From: the human T2T-CHM13v2.0 reference genome, Homo sapiens
Assembly: GCF_009914755.1 (NCBI RefSeq)
Contig: NC_060929.1
Reading direction: 5' to 3' (one strand)
Length of the DNA stretch: 64,000 nucleotides
This document shows, piece after piece, positions 1 through 14,370 of the stretch. The notes under the pieces were generated by a model. It was not told where the DNA came from. It saw only the letters and a list, made by a program, of their open reading frames with translations, and ran no database searches. Numbering within the stretch: position 1 is the stretch's first letter; each line of letters begins with the position of its first letter. The translations under genes and the position numbers were made by a program.

Positions 1-295
1 ATCTTTTGTTTATTGATGAACCTCCATATGGTTGTCCATAATGGCTGTACTAGTTTACAATCCGGCAACAGTGTGTAAGTGTTCCCTTTTCTTCACAGCC
101 TAGCCAATACTTGTTTTCTTTTGTCTTTCTAATAACAGCCATTCTAACTGGACTAAGGTGGTATCTCACTGTGGTTTTGATTTTCATTTCCCTGATGATT
201 AGTGATGTTGAATATTTTTTCACGTTTGTTGGCCATTTGTATGTCCTCTTTTGAGAAATGTCTGTTAAGGTCTTTTGCCCATTTTTTATGAAAGA
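1..295 (-). mobile_element. Old L1 (L1M/L1MA-type), ORF2 3' portion; left part of the host element that resumes at ~4445
   Basis: Typical antisense L1 ORF2 C-terminal sequence (aataacagccattctaactgg...ggtatctcactgtggttttgatt...tgagaaatgtctgtt), paralogous to 1100-1330. Confidence 0.85.
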
Positions 296-541
296 GAATC
301 ATTTTTTTATTTTTTAACTTTTATTTTAAGTTCAGGGGTACATTTGCAGGTTTGTTATATAGGTAAACATGTGTCATGGGTATTTGTTGTACACATTATT
401 TTGTCAACCAGATATTAAGCCTAGTACCCTTTAGTTATTTTTCCTGATCCTCCCTTTCTTCCCACACTCCACCATCCAACAGGCCCCAGTGTGTGTTGTT
501 CCCCTCTGTGTCTCCATGTGTTCTCATCATTTAGCTCCCCC

Positions 542-782
<241 letters not shown>

Positions 783-3737
783 TAAGGATAATGGCCTCCA
801 GCTACATCCATATTCCTGCAAAGGATATGATCTCATTCTTTTTAATGGCTGCATAGTATCTCATGATGTGTATGTACCACATTTTCTTTATCCAGTCTAT
901 TGATGGGTATTTAGGTTGATTCCATGTCTTCACTATTGTGAATAGTGCTGCAACAAACAAACATGTGCATGTGTCTTTAAAACAGAATGATTTATAATCC
1001 TTTAGGTATATGTCCAGTATTGGGATTGCTGGGTCAAATAGTATTTCTGTCTTTAGTCTTTGAGGAATCACCACACTGTCTTCCACAACGATTGAACTAA
1101 TTTACACTCCCACCAACAGTGTGTTAAGTATTCCTTTTGCTCTGCAGCCTTGCCAGCATCTGTTATTTTTTGACTTTTTAATAACAGCCATTCTGAATAG
1201 TGTGAAACGGTATCTCATTGTGGTTTTGATTTGCGTTTCTCTAACGATCAGTGATGTTGAGTTTTTCATATGATGGTTGGCTGCATGTATGTCCTTTTGA
1301 AAAGTGTCTGTTCATGTCATTTGGTTGCTTTTTAACAACCAAATGGGGTTGTTAATGGGGTTGTTTGGTTTTTTTCTTGTAAATTTCATTAAGTTCCTTA
1401 TAGGTGCTGGCTATTTGTCAGATGCATAGTTTGCAAAAATTTTCTCCCATTCTGTAGGTTGTCTGCTCAATCTGTTGATAGTTTCCTTTGCTGTGCAGAA
1501 GCTCTTTAATTTAATTAGATCCCATTTGTCAATTTTTGCTTTTTTTACAATTGCTTTTGACATCTTCATCATGAAATCTTTGCCTGTTCCTATGTCCTGA
1601 ATGGTATCATCTAGGTTGTCTTCCAATGTTTTTATAGTTTGGAGTTTTACATATAAGTCTTTAATCCATCTTGAGTTAATTGTTGTATATGGTATAAGGA
1701 AGGGGTCTAGTTTCAATCTTCTGCATATAGCTAGTCAGCTATCCCAGCATCATTTATTAAATAGAGAATTATTTCCCTATTGCTTGTTTTTCTCAGCTTT
1801 GCAGAAGATCAGACAGTTGTAGGTTTGCGGCCTTATTTCTGGGTTCTCTATTCTGTTCCATTGGTCTATGTGTCTGTTTTTGTGCCAGTACCAGGCTGTT
1901 TTGGTTACTGTAGCCCTACAGTAAGTTTGAAGCTAGGTAGCATGATGCCTCCAACTTCTTTCTTTTTGCTTAGGATTTCCTTGGCTATTTGGGCTCTTTT
2001 TGGTGCCATATGAATTTTAAAATAGTTTGTTTTTTTAGTTCTGTGAAGAATCTCAGTGGAAGTTCAATAGGAATATCATTGAATCTATAAATTGCTTAGG
2101 GTAATGTGGCAATTTTAATGATATTGATTACTCCTATCCATGAGCATGAAATGTTTTTCCATTTGCTTGTGTCATCTATGGTTTCTTTGAGTAGTGTTTT
2201 GTAGTTCTTCTTATAGAGATCTTTCACCTCCCAAGTTAGCTGTATTCCTAGGCATTTTACTCTTTTTGTGGCAATTGTGAATAGGATTGCATTCCTTATT
2301 TGGCTCTTGGCTTGACTATTATTGGTGTATAGGAATGCTAGTGATGTTTGCACATTGATTTTGTATCCTGAGACTTTGCTGAAGTTGTTTATCAGTTTAA
2401 GAAGCTTTCGGGCTGAGACTGTGGGGGTTTCTAGATATAGAACAAACAAACAGGGATAATTTGACTTCCTCTCTTCCTATTTGGATGTCCTTCATTTCTT
2501 TCTCTTGCCTGATTGTCTGGGCCAGGACTTCCAATACTGTGTTGAACAGGAGTGGTGAGAGAGGGCATCCTTGTCTTGTGCCAGTTTTCAAAAGGAATGC
2601 TTCCAGCTTCTGCCCATTCAGTATGATGTTGACTGTGGGTTTGTCATAGATGACTCATTATTTTGAGGTATGTTTCTTCAATATCTAGTTTATTGAGAGT
2701 TTTTAACATGAAGGGGTGTTGAACTTTTCAAAAGCCTTTTCTGCATCTATTGTGACAATCGCGTGGTTTTTGACATAAGTGCTATTTATGTGATGAATCA
2801 CATTTATTGATTTGCATATGTTGAATCAACCTTGTATCCTGGGGATAAAACCTATTCAATCATAGTGGGTAAGATTTTTGAGGTGCTGCTGGATTCGGTT
2901 TGCCAGTATTTTGTAGAGGCGTTTTGCAACAGTGTTTATCAAGGTTATTGGCTTGAAGTTTTCTTTTTTTGTTGTATCTCTGCCAGGTTTTGGTATTAGG
3001 ATGATGCTGGCCTCATAGAGTGAGTTAGAGAGGAGTCCCTCCTTGTCAAATTTTTGGAATAGTTTTAGCAGGAATGGTACCAGCTCTTCTATGTACATCT
3101 GGCAGAATATAGCTGTGAATCCGTCTGGTCCTGCACTTTTTTTAGTTGGTAAGCTATTTATCACTGACTCGATTTCAAAGCTTGTTATTGATCTATTCAG
3201 GGATTCAATTTCTTCCTGGTTCAGTCTTGCAAGGGTGTGTGTGTCCAGGAATTTATCCATTTCTTCTAGATTTTCTAGTTTATGTGCATAGAGGTGTTCC
3301 TAATATTCTCTGATGGTTGTTTTTATTTCTGTGAGGTCAGTGGTAATATCCCCCTTACCATTTCTTATTGTGTTTATTTGAATCTCCTTTTTTTTATTAG
3401 TCTAGCCAGCAGTCTACCTATTTTATTAATTTTTTCAAAAACCCAGCTCCCAAATTCATTCATCTCTTGAGTGGTTTTTTTTGTCTCAATCTCCTTTAGC
3501 TCAGCTCTGATTTTGGTTATTTCTTGTCTTCTGCTAGCCTTCGGGTTTGTTTGCTCTTGGTTCTCTAGTTCTTTTAATTATGATGTTAGAGTGTTAGCTT
3601 GAGATCTTTCTAATTTTTTGATTTGGGCATTTGGTGCTATAAATTTCCCTCTTTAACACTGCCTTAGATGTGTCCCAGAGCTTCTGGTATGCCATATCTT
3701 TGCTCTCATTAGTTTCAGAGAACTTCTTGATTTTGCC

Positions 3738-4327
3738 TATGTTAGTCAGGGTTCTTTAGGGTGACAGAACTAATGGGATAGATTTCTACATGAAGGGGAG
3801 TTTATTAAGGAGTATCAGTTCACACGATTACAAGGTGAAGTCCCACAATAGGCCATCTGCAAACTGAGGAACAAGGAAGCCAGCCGGAGTCTCAAAACCT
3901 CGAAAGTAGGAAAGCCAACAGTGCAGCCTTCAGTCTGTGGCCAAAGGCCAGAAAGCCCATGGCAAATCATTGGTATAAGTCCAACAGTCCAAAAGCTGAA
4001 GAACTTGGAGTCTGATGTTTGAGGGCAGGAAGCATCCAGTATGGGAGAAAGATGGAAGCTGAAGACTCAGCAAGTCTAGTCCTTCCATTTTCTTCTGCCT
4101 GCTTTATTCTAGCCGTGCTGGCAGTACAGCTAGATGATGATGATGATGATGATTATTATTATTATTATTATTAGATTGTGCCCACCCAGATTGAGGGTGG
4201 GTCTGCCTCTCCTAGTCCACTGACTCAAATGTTAATCTCCTTTGGCAATACCCTCACAGACAGACCCAGGAACAATACTTTGCGTCTTTCAATCCAGTCA
4301 AGTTGACACTCAATATTAACCATCACA
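3738..4327 (-). mobile_element. MLT2A-type (HERV-L) solo LTR inside the L1PA
   Basis: Starts tatgttagtcagggttct, ends caatattaaccatcaca. 5-bp TSD ttgcc/ctgcc (3733-3737, 4328-4332). L1 sequence is continuous across it. Confidence 0.9.
4133..4173. repeat. Compound (GAT)n(TAT)n microsatellite inside MLT2A
   Basis: gatgatgatgatgatgatgattattattattattattattag. Confidence 0.97.
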
Positions 4328-5145
4328 CTGCCTTAATTTCATTATTTACCCAAAAGTCATTCATGAGCAGGTTATTTAATTGCCATGTAATTGTATGGTT
4401 TTGAGCAAATTTCTTAGTCTTGATTTCTAATTTGATAGTGCTGTGAAGAGACTTTCTCCTCCCCAACCCCACAGTGTGTGTTCTTGACGCCTTTGTCAAA
4501 ACTCAGTTGGCTATAGATATGTGAATTTATTTCTGGCCACACTATCCTTTTTCTTTGGTTGGTCTCTGTTTTTTATGCCAAAACAATGCTGTTTGGGTTA
4601 CTATAATTTTGTAGTATATTTTGAAGTCAGTTAGTGTTATGCCTCCAGCTTTGTTCCTTTTGTTCAGTATCACTTTGGCTGTTTGGGTCTTTTGTGTTTG
4701 CATATACATTTTAGAATTATTTTTTTCTATTTTATTTCAGAATGTCATTTTTATTTTGATACAAATTGCATTGAATCTATAAACTGCTTTGAGTATAATT
4801 GCCATTTTAACAATATTAATTCTTGCATTCCGTGACCATAGAATATCTTTCCATTTGTTTGTGTCCTCTTCAATTTCTTTAATCAATGTTTTATAGTTTT
4901 CCTGGTATAGATCTTTTATTTATTTTGCTAGAGTGAGCCCTAAGTATTTTATATTCTTTGTAGCTATTATAAATGGGATTGTGTTTTCATTTCTTTTTCA
5001 GATAATTTACAGTTGGACTGTAGAAATGCTACTGATTTTTACAAGTTTATTTTGTGCCCTGCAACTTTACTGGACTTGTTTATCAATTCTGACAGTTTTT
5101 TTAAATAATGTCTTTAGGTTTTTCTATGTATAAGATTATATTGTC

Positions 5146-5506
<361 letters not shown>

Positions 5507-5590
5507 TCAATTTGGATGCTCTTTATTTCTTACTCTTGCAGAATTGCTCTGCCCAGGACTTCCAGTATTGTATTAATTTTCTCCATTTAG

Positions 5591-5950
<360 letters not shown>

Positions 5951-7816
5951 TGATGAGGATTTTTATCGTAAAAGGATGATGAGTTTTATCAAATGCTCTT
6001 CGGCGTCTGTTGAAATGATCATATAGTTTTTGTTCTTGGTTCTGTGAATGTGATGTATTACATTTTTTGGTTTGCGTATGTTGAACCATCCTTGCATCCC
6101 TGGGATGAATCCTACTTCATCATGCTGAATAAACTTCTTATTGAGTTGTTGAATTTTGTTTGCTAGTATTTTGTTGAGGATTTTTGCATCTATGTTTATC
6201 AGTGATAATGGCCTGTAGTTTTCTTTTTTGTTGTTGTATCTTTGTCTGGTTTTCGTATCAGAGTAATGCTGGTTTTATACAATAAGTTCGAAAATATTCC
6301 CTCCTCTTCAATTTTTTCAGAGTTTGAGTAGGATTGGTATTAGTTCTTCTTTAAATATTTGGAAAAATACAGCAGGAAGACATCAAGTTCCAAACTTTTC
6401 TTTGATAGAAGACTTGTTATGATGGCTTCAATCCCATGACTCATTTTTGGTTTGTTGAGATTTTCTGTTTTTTCATGGTTCAATCCTGGTAGATTGTATA
6501 TATCTAGGAATTTATACATTTTATTCTAGGTTTTCCCATGTGTGGGCTGATTGCTGTTCACAATAATCTCTAATGATTCTTTGTACTTCTGTGGTGTCAG
6601 TTGTTATGTCTCCTTTTTCATTTGTGATTTTGTTTATTTGAGCCTCCTTCCTTTTTTTCTTAGTCTAGCTAAAGGTTTGTTCATTTTGTTTATCTTTGCA
6701 AAAAACCAACTTTTCATTTTGTTGATTTGTATTTTTTTAAGTCTTAATTTCATTTATTCCTGCTCTGATCTTTATTTTTTTCCTTTTACTAATTTTGGAT
6801 TTGTTTTGTTATTAGTTTTCCAGTTCCTCAAGGTGAATCATTAGGTTGTTTATTTAATGTCTTCCTACTATTTTCATATAGTAATTTATTGCTGTAAAGT
6901 TATCTTTTAGTACCAGTTTTGCTATACCTTATAGATTTTGGTATGTCATATTTTCATTTTCATTTGTTTTAAGGACTTGTTTAATTACCTTTTTAATTTC
7001 TTCATTGACTCATTTGTCATCCAGGAGCATGTTATTTAATTTCCATGTATTTGTTTATTTTCCAAGGTTTCTCTTCTTATTGATTTCTATTTTTATTCCA
7101 TTATAGTCAAAAAGCTACTTGATATTATCTCTACATTTCTTAATTTGTTGAGACTTGTTCTGTGGCCTAAGATATGGTTTATTCTGGAGAATATTCCATG
7201 TGCTAATAAAAAGAATGTGTATTCTGTGGCAGTTGGGTGAAAAGTTCCATAAATATTAGGCCTATTATGTCTAGTGTGTAGCTTAACTCTGATATTTCTT
7301 TGTTTGTTTTCTGTCTGATGACCTGCCCATTAATGAGAATACTATGTTGGGGTTTCCAACTACTCTTATATTGCAGTCCATCACTGTTTTTAGATCTATT
7401 AATGTTTGGTTTATATACTTGGAAGCTCTATTGTTGGGTACACAGATATTTGTAATTGTTATATTCTCTTGCTGAGCTACTCCTTTTATCATTACATAAT
7501 GACATTTTTTGTCTCATTTTACAGTCTTTGATTTGTAGTCTATTTAATCTGACATAAGTATAGCTGCATCTGATTTTTTTCGTTTCCATTTACATGAAAT
7601 ATCTTTTTCCACCCCTTCACTTTTAGTCTATGTATGCCTTTATAGGTGAAGTGGGTTTCTTGTAGGCAGTACACAGTTGTATATGGTCTCTTTTCCCATT
7701 CAGTTACTCTATGCTTTTTAATGGGAGACTCGAGTCTGTTTCTATTCAATATCATTATTAATAAGTAAGGACTTACTACTGCCATTTTGTTGCTTGTTTT
7801 CTGGTTATTTTGTAAT

Positions 7817-7862
7817 TTTCTTCCTTCCTTCCTTCCTTCTTTCCTTCTTTCCTTCTTTCCTT
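7817..7862. repeat. (TTCC)n/(TTTCC) simple repeat
   Basis: ttccttccttccttccttctttccttctttccttctttcc. Confidence 0.9.
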
Positions 7863-10313
7863 TTTTCCTTTGTGGTTAAGCAATTTTCTCTGGTAATATT
7901 TTTAATTCATCACTTTTTATTTTTAGTAAATCTGTTACAGATTTTTACATTGTGGTTACCATAAGGTTTACAAAAAACGTCTTATAGCTATAACAAGTTA
8001 TTTTTTAAAGTAACAACTTAGATTTTGAAGAAAATAACAGAAACAAAGGAAAACAAAAAAAAAACTCTACATTTTAACTCTAACCCCCTCTCCCACATTT
8101 TGACTTCACTTTGTTTCAATTTACGTATTTTATATTACTATCTCTTATTAGGTTGCTAGTGCTAATACTGGTTTTGATAAATTTGTCTTTTGGGTTTCAT
8201 ACTAGAATTATGATTGGATTGTACACCACAATTACAGTATTAGAGTATTTTGGGTTTGTCCATGTACTTAATTTCACCAGTGGGTTTTATACCTTCAAAT
8301 GTTTTCTTTTTGCATGTTCGTGGTTTTTTCTTTCTGATTTACTAACCCCCTTTGGTATTCCTTGTAAAATGGGTCTGATGATCTTAAATTCTTTTATCTC
8401 TTGTTTTTCTGGGAACAACTTTATCTCTCCTTCATATTTGAAGGATAGCTTTGCTGGATACAATATCCTCAGATGTCAGTATTTTTCTTTCAGCACTTTA
8501 AAAATGTCATCCCACTCCCTTCTGGCCTGTGTGGTTTCCATTGAGAAATCTGTTGACAAAGTGAAGCTCCTTTATGTGTATTTGCTTTTCTCTTGCTGCT
8601 TTTAGAGATCCTCTCTTTGTTCTTCACCTTTGAGAATTTGATTAGTATTTGCCTTGGGATAGTCTTACTTGGATCAAATCTGTTTGCTGTTCTCTGACTT
8701 TCCTGTACCTGAATACTTATCTCTTTCTCAAGTTTTGGAAAGTTTTCTGTTATTTCTTTGATTAAGTTTTGTACTCCTTGCTCTTGCTTAGCTCCCTCTT
8801 GAGCACCGATAATTCTCAGACATAATCTTTTGAGGTAATTTCTATATTTTATTGGCAATCTTTATTCCTTTTTCTTTTGCTCTGTTCTTACTGTGTATTT
8901 TCAAATAGCTTGTCTTTGAGCTCACTGATCCTTTCCTCTGATCTATTTTGATTTTATAAGCCTCTAATAAATATTTTAGTTCAACAAATGTATTTCTCAG
9001 TTCTATGATTTCTGTTTGATTTTTTTTTACTATTGCAATCTCTTTATTAAATTTCTTGATGAATTTCTGAATTTTTTTCTGTATTATCTTAGAAGTCACT
9101 GAGTTTCCTTAAAACTGCTATTTTGAGTTATTGGTCAAAGAGTTCACATATTACTATCTCATTAGAAGATTACCATCTCATTGGTTTCTTGTTTCGTCCA
9201 TTTGAGGAGATCATGGTTCCCTGTTTGCCCTGGTTTCTTGTATACGTATGTCTACGTCTTTGCACTGAATGATTATTTATTCCAGCCTTCTTTTTACAGA
9301 TGGTTTTGTTTTTTATTGGATATGTTTGCTTACAGATTATTTGTAATTTAGCTATTGTCTTTCTTTTTTTCCCACAAGGTCGCTGTCTCCTTTTTCATAC
9401 CATATGGTGCCTTTAGCCTAGAATTGTCTCGGTTCTAGTGAACAATCAGAATGCTGCCCATCCAGAATGGGGGAGGTCCCAAAGGAGATATCCCTGTAGT
9501 GTGGGAAACCTAGGTGTTTGTGCCTAGAGGACCTGTGGAATGAACAACCTGTGTCATGGTGCTGCTGAACAGCCACTCTGATTCGGTTTTGGTTGAGTTA
9601 CAGAGCAGAGTTTCCAGCATTAGGAATGGTAGTTCTACCTCCTCCCTTCTTCTCTGGCTGTCTTCAGGGATATTTCTTGGTTCACGCACTGCCATTGCTT
9701 CCTGTGGGTAAAGACAGGAACGTGTCTTCTGCCAGGGAAACCCAGGATGGTGGGGAAGTTGGTTATCCATCTCAATCTCACTTTTTCAAGAGTAGAAACT
9801 ATGAGTCAAAGGGAAGTTTTCCAGGTACTAGGTGCCAAGCAGATTGAGGGGAGGGGCATTGTAAATATGGAAGTCCAATTCTCTTATTAACTGCTTGGAG
9901 TTTTTTTTCACTTTTCTGTGGCCCTAAAAACTGTCTCATCCTCATATTCAAATCCTCGGATATTGCTGGTAATAATCCCAGCACTGTATTTTTTTTTATT
10001 TTCTAGTAGGGTTGGGAGTGGGGAGTGAAGCCAGCTTGCTTCTACACTGCCATTTTTGAATCAAAAGTCCCCATATCATTTGCCATCAGAGAAATGTGAA
10101 TTACATCCCTGATGGGATACCATGTCATACTTACTAGATATACTCAAAAAGAAAATTCTGATAATACCAACTGTTGAAAAGAGTGATGCAACTGGAACTC
10201 TCATATATTGCTGGTGGGACTATTAAATGGTACAACTATTTTAGAAAATAGCTTAGAAGTTTTTTATACACTTACCTACCATACACCTACTCTGTGGCCC
10301 AGAAATTCAATTC

Positions 10314-10876
10314 TATATAGGCAGCTTTTTTAAGATAACCCTCAATAATTCTGATTTTCTGCTATTCACAGCCTTGAGTAATCCCCTCCCCTTGAGTAAC
10401 ATGCTTCTAACAACAGAATAGAGCAATATTGAGGGGACATTGCTTCCATAATTAGATTACAGAAGATGGTCACTTCCATCTTGCTAACAGTCTCTCTCTA
10501 TTGCCTTCTCAGCTTGCATGCTTTGATAAATCAAGCTGACATCTTGGAGAGGCCCATAAGGCAAGAAACTGACAATAGCATCCAGCCAACTGCCAACTAG
10601 GAACTGAGACCTTCAGTTCAGTAGACTGAAAGGAACTGAATTCTACCAACAACTATGTGAGCTTGGAAGGAGATCCTTCTCCAGTCAATCTTTCAGATGA
10701 AACCCCAGCCCTAGATGACATCTTAATTGCAGTTTTGTTACACATTCTGAAGCACAGGATCCAGTTAAGTGGTACTCATATTTCTAATCCACAGAAACTG
10801 TGTGATAATAAATGTGTGTTGTTGTAAGCCACTGCATTTGTGGTAGTTTGTTCTGCAACAATAAATAGCTAATATA
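10314..10876 (+). mobile_element. MLT1 (F/E-like) MaLR solo LTR
   Basis: aatcccctccccttgagt, gagaggcccat..ggcaagaaactga, ataaatgtgtgttgttgtaagccac..aatagctaatata; TSD-like aattc/aactc. Confidence 0.88.
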
Positions 10877-11045
10877 AACTCATAGGTATTTTCTGAAGAT
10901 AAATAAAAACAGAAGTCCATTAAAATGATTTGTACAAGGATTTTCATAGCACTATTATCTGTAATAGCTAAAAATTAGAATGTTGATCAAAAGGTGAAAG
11001 GATAAACAAATTATAGCATATTTATGTAATGGAATGCTACTCAGC

Positions 11046-11620
11046 TATGTTAATAACATGTTAATTACTTTAAGTGATTTGATTGCTAATAGGATGCACA
11101 AAACTTAAACAGTTTATACTCAGGAAACAATTTTGATATGGGCAAAGGATACAATACAGCAATAACAAGAGGTCCTAAATAAAGACTTCCTTATTCTTCC
11201 AAAATGGTGTTGGGTTTCCCTGGACATGCATTGTGTTCACCTCTCAAACCACCATTTGTATGCACATAAAGATCCTTGGAACCATGAAGCCAAAGGTCTG
11301 CCTGAGGTAGGAGTCTCTTACAGTGAGTAGGATGCTTAGATAGGCACACTACAACTACATGTCCAATCTCTAATGTCAACATTCCCCTGGCTTCACCTGA
11401 ACCAGGTGAATCCATAAATCTAATTGTTATTAGTAAACAAGGCTGATAGGCTTATATATCCTGCCCCAAAATCACTTACATACACATAGTTGTAAAATAC
11501 CATTTAATCCCAATTATTATATTCTCTAGCTTTGCTCAAGTATTAATATACTCCAGGCAATTCTAGTTATAGGTACATGGTCAATCTGACTGAGATTAAT
11601 TAATACTACACATAAACACA
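11046..11620. mobile_element. Probable old ERV solo LTR (family not identified) inserted in L1ME
   Basis: ~570-bp non-L1 block ending in ACA that splits the L1 motif tactcagc|aataaaa; TSD-like tcagc/taagc. Confidence 0.55.
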
Positions 11621-11889
11621 TAAGCAATTAAAAGAAACAAACTACTGATACACGTACAAGGATAGATCTGACAACCATTATGTGAGCAAAAAAAGCCAGT
11701 CACGAGAGTCTATTCTGTGAGGTTCCATTCATAGGATATTCTAGAATAGGCAAACCAAAACCATGGTGATAGAAATTAGAAAGTGGTTGTCTCTTTTGGA
11801 GGGAGAAAGGGGCAGAAGGGGGGAAATGAATGACAGAACACACCTGGGAACATTCTGAGACTATGGAAAAGCTTTATAACTCGATGGTA

Positions 11890-12145
11890 AATACACTTAT
11901 TTAGCAGGTAAATAAATTGAGCTCTCCCTTCTGTGTTCTTCCACAGTGGCCACATACACCATGTGTTCCAGATGGCACAAGTACACAACGGCAGAGTTTC
12001 CACTGGTCTGGAGCCCTAAGCAACTGTGTGGAGAAGTTTGTCACTGACTTGTGCTGAACAAGTAGCATGTGTGATAAATCATATGTTAAAGCAATGATAT
12101 TTATTTATTGTTACTTCAACATAGCCTAGTTATCTGACTAACATA
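11890..12145 (+). mobile_element. MLT1 (H/I/J-like) LTR fragment
   Basis: 3' end ttgttacttcaacatagcctagttatctgactaacata. Confidence 0.6.
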
Positions 12146-12429
12146 GTAGGATACAGATTTTTCTCTGTATCTCACAAGCAGCATCCCATATACTTTCCTG
12201 AAGCAATAGTTTCTCCATGAATAGTCACTGAATGAAAACAATCAAACACCTACTACTTTTCAGGAGAACACAAAATGATCAATTTGGGGCAAGAAAAATG
12301 GAAGAATATAATTAAAAAAGCTTAAAAATTATATCAAGGAACCTATTCCCATCATGTCTTTCAAATAAAATGGAAGACTATAAAATATAAATGGATAAAA
12401 GACCAGGCTTTAGAACTAGGTTTGAGCTC

Positions 12430-12581
12430 AAGCCAAGGAGAGAGGCCTCACTTAGAAACCAACCTTGCTGGCTCCTGGATCTTGGATTTCCAGTCTCAAG
12501 AACTGTAAGAAAATTTATTTCTGTTGTTTAAGCCACCTAGTCTACGATATTCTGCTATGGCAGCCCAAGCAGACTAATGCA
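12430..12581 (+). mobile_element. MLT1A/B LTR 3' fragment
   Basis: agccaaggagagaggcctca..gatcttggatttccagtctcaagaactgtaagaaaatttatttctgttgtttaagccacc..agactaatgca. Confidence 0.85.
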
Positions 12582-12649
12582 GCCTCTGATAATATCATTA
12601 TCATCTTCATTGAACATCCTCAATAAATGGTTTTAGTTAGAGGGATGCT

Positions 12650-13525
12650 TTCATTCTTGCATATTTTGTTCAACAAATTCATATGCCTATTATATGCCTG
12701 ACACTCTGCAGGGCACCAGCGCTTGAAGAATGAATAAGGCAAAGTCATTGCCCTCATGGAGGTTACATTCTAGTAGAATAAATTAAAACCAGATAACCAA
12801 CTACTATATAGCATCCAGTACTGAAAAATGCCATGAAGAAAAATAAAAGCTTGAGGGATTAGGGTATGACCAGAGCTGCCAGTTTATACTGAATGATTCA
12901 TTCAAGTATTATACTGAATGGCAAGAGACCCGTGAGCAGAGATTCAGATGAAGTACAGGAGACTGTCACGGAAATATCTGGGGAAAGAACTTCCAGGCAG
13001 AGGGAAGAACAAGTGCAAAGGCTCAGAAATGGCAATGTATTTGTCAAATTCAAGAAACTGCAAAGAGGCCAATGTGGCTGAAGCAGAGGAAGCAAAAGAG
13101 ATTAAGAGTGGAAAATTAGGTGAAAATGGTAGCAAGAGTTCAGATAAGGTGGGGCCCTGTGGGCCTCAGGGAAAACTCTGGTGTTTTATTCTGAGAGATG
13201 GAAAGCTATTCAGGGATTTTATGCAGAGGGTAACTTGATTTGACTTATATTTAAAAGAATCACTCTTGGCTGCTGGGCTGCTTAATGGAGGATGGATTGG
13301 GAGTGGGGACAGGGGAGACAGTAAAAGCAGGAAAGCTGGTTGGTTGGCAGTTTATTGCAATAGTGCATGTGAGATAGATTCGTGGACTGGTCTAGGGAAG
13401 TCAGGTGAGATGGTGAGAAGATGTCAGATTCTAAATATATTTCCAAGGAGAAGGATTGGCTGCTAGATCGAATGTGGAATAGAAGGTAAAGAAAAGAGAA
13501 GGGATGATCTCAAGGATGTGGATGT
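12650..13525 (-). mobile_element. L2 3' region
   Basis: Antisense L2 signatures (tgccctcatggaggttacattctagt, ttccaggcagagggaagaacaagtgcaaagg, cactcttggctgctg). Confidence 0.85.
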
Positions 13526-14149
13526 AGCAGTAAGGGCCCTTGCAAAGACACAAGATCATCTGGATTATAATTTTCCACCCTACTTTTAACTTGTGACACA
13601 ATCCCTTCTGTGTGTTGTGTAATAAATCTTTAAAATGGGATTAACGATGTGAAGATCAAATCAAACTCAAAAGGCTTTGAAAAATCAGTAACACAGACCA
13701 CCAAATGGTTATCCTTTATTCATCCCCAAATGCATAACCTCGGTGAACTGCTGCTGCTGCCTTTCTGCCTGCCTGGTCTTCACCCCCTCCCTGGCATGCA
13801 GTGATGCAATAAGTCATAAATAATACTGACACAGAAACCATTACTATCTCTGGCAGTGGACAGCATGTGGCATTCTATGAGTGATGGTGGCCCAGCACTC
13901 AGGTTCAGGTGGCTCAGGAAAACAAGTTGCTCACTTTCCTGTCACAGACACCCCTGAAATGATGAAGGGGGCAAGATCAGGGGCTATCCAGGGACCTTGC
14001 CTCTGCCTCTAGCTGCCCTTTATAAAATGGCCATAGCACAATCTGCTGTGTTCCTTCACTGTGGTAGTCTCCTGAACAATAGCACAAGGAATATTGGCAC
14101 TTTCGAGAAAATTGAATTTCAATTTAAGTAACAGAAGTGACCCCCTGCC

Positions 14150-14370
14150 CTTCCTGTCCCTATCCCTGCATTATTTTTCTCCATACCCCATCACCATTTG
14201 ACATACAATAAGTTTTACCTTTGTTAATTGACTATCACTCCCTCCTGTAAAATATAAGTTTCTTTAAAGCACAGACCTCTCTGCCCACTCTGTCCACTGC
14301 TCCATCCAAAATGTTTGGTAACAGGCAGCCAAGGCACAATAAATCTCCGTTGCATTAATTAATGGATAGC
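14150..14370 (+). mobile_element. L2 3' end fragment
   Basis: cctgcattatttttctccata..aatataagtttctt..tgtccactgct..caataaat. Confidence 0.6.

Larger units (their letters stand above)
10073..11885 (+). mobile_element. Ancient L1ME-type 3' end, split by two LTR insertions
   Basis: gcaactggaactctcatatattgctggtggga..., aatggaatgctactcagc, aaacaaactactgatacac, ggttccattcata; segments collinear across the inserts. Confidence 0.8.

Noticed and set aside
1342-1365. Small tandem duplications (also ~5301-5316, ~9153-9183, ~55237-55273, ~33770-33820)
   Set aside because: Ordinary slippage-type micro-duplications with no functional context
802-3260. Series of reverse-transcriptase-like ORFs
   Set aside because: Fragments of a dead L1 ORF2 broken by stops and frameshifts; not an active or novel RT system
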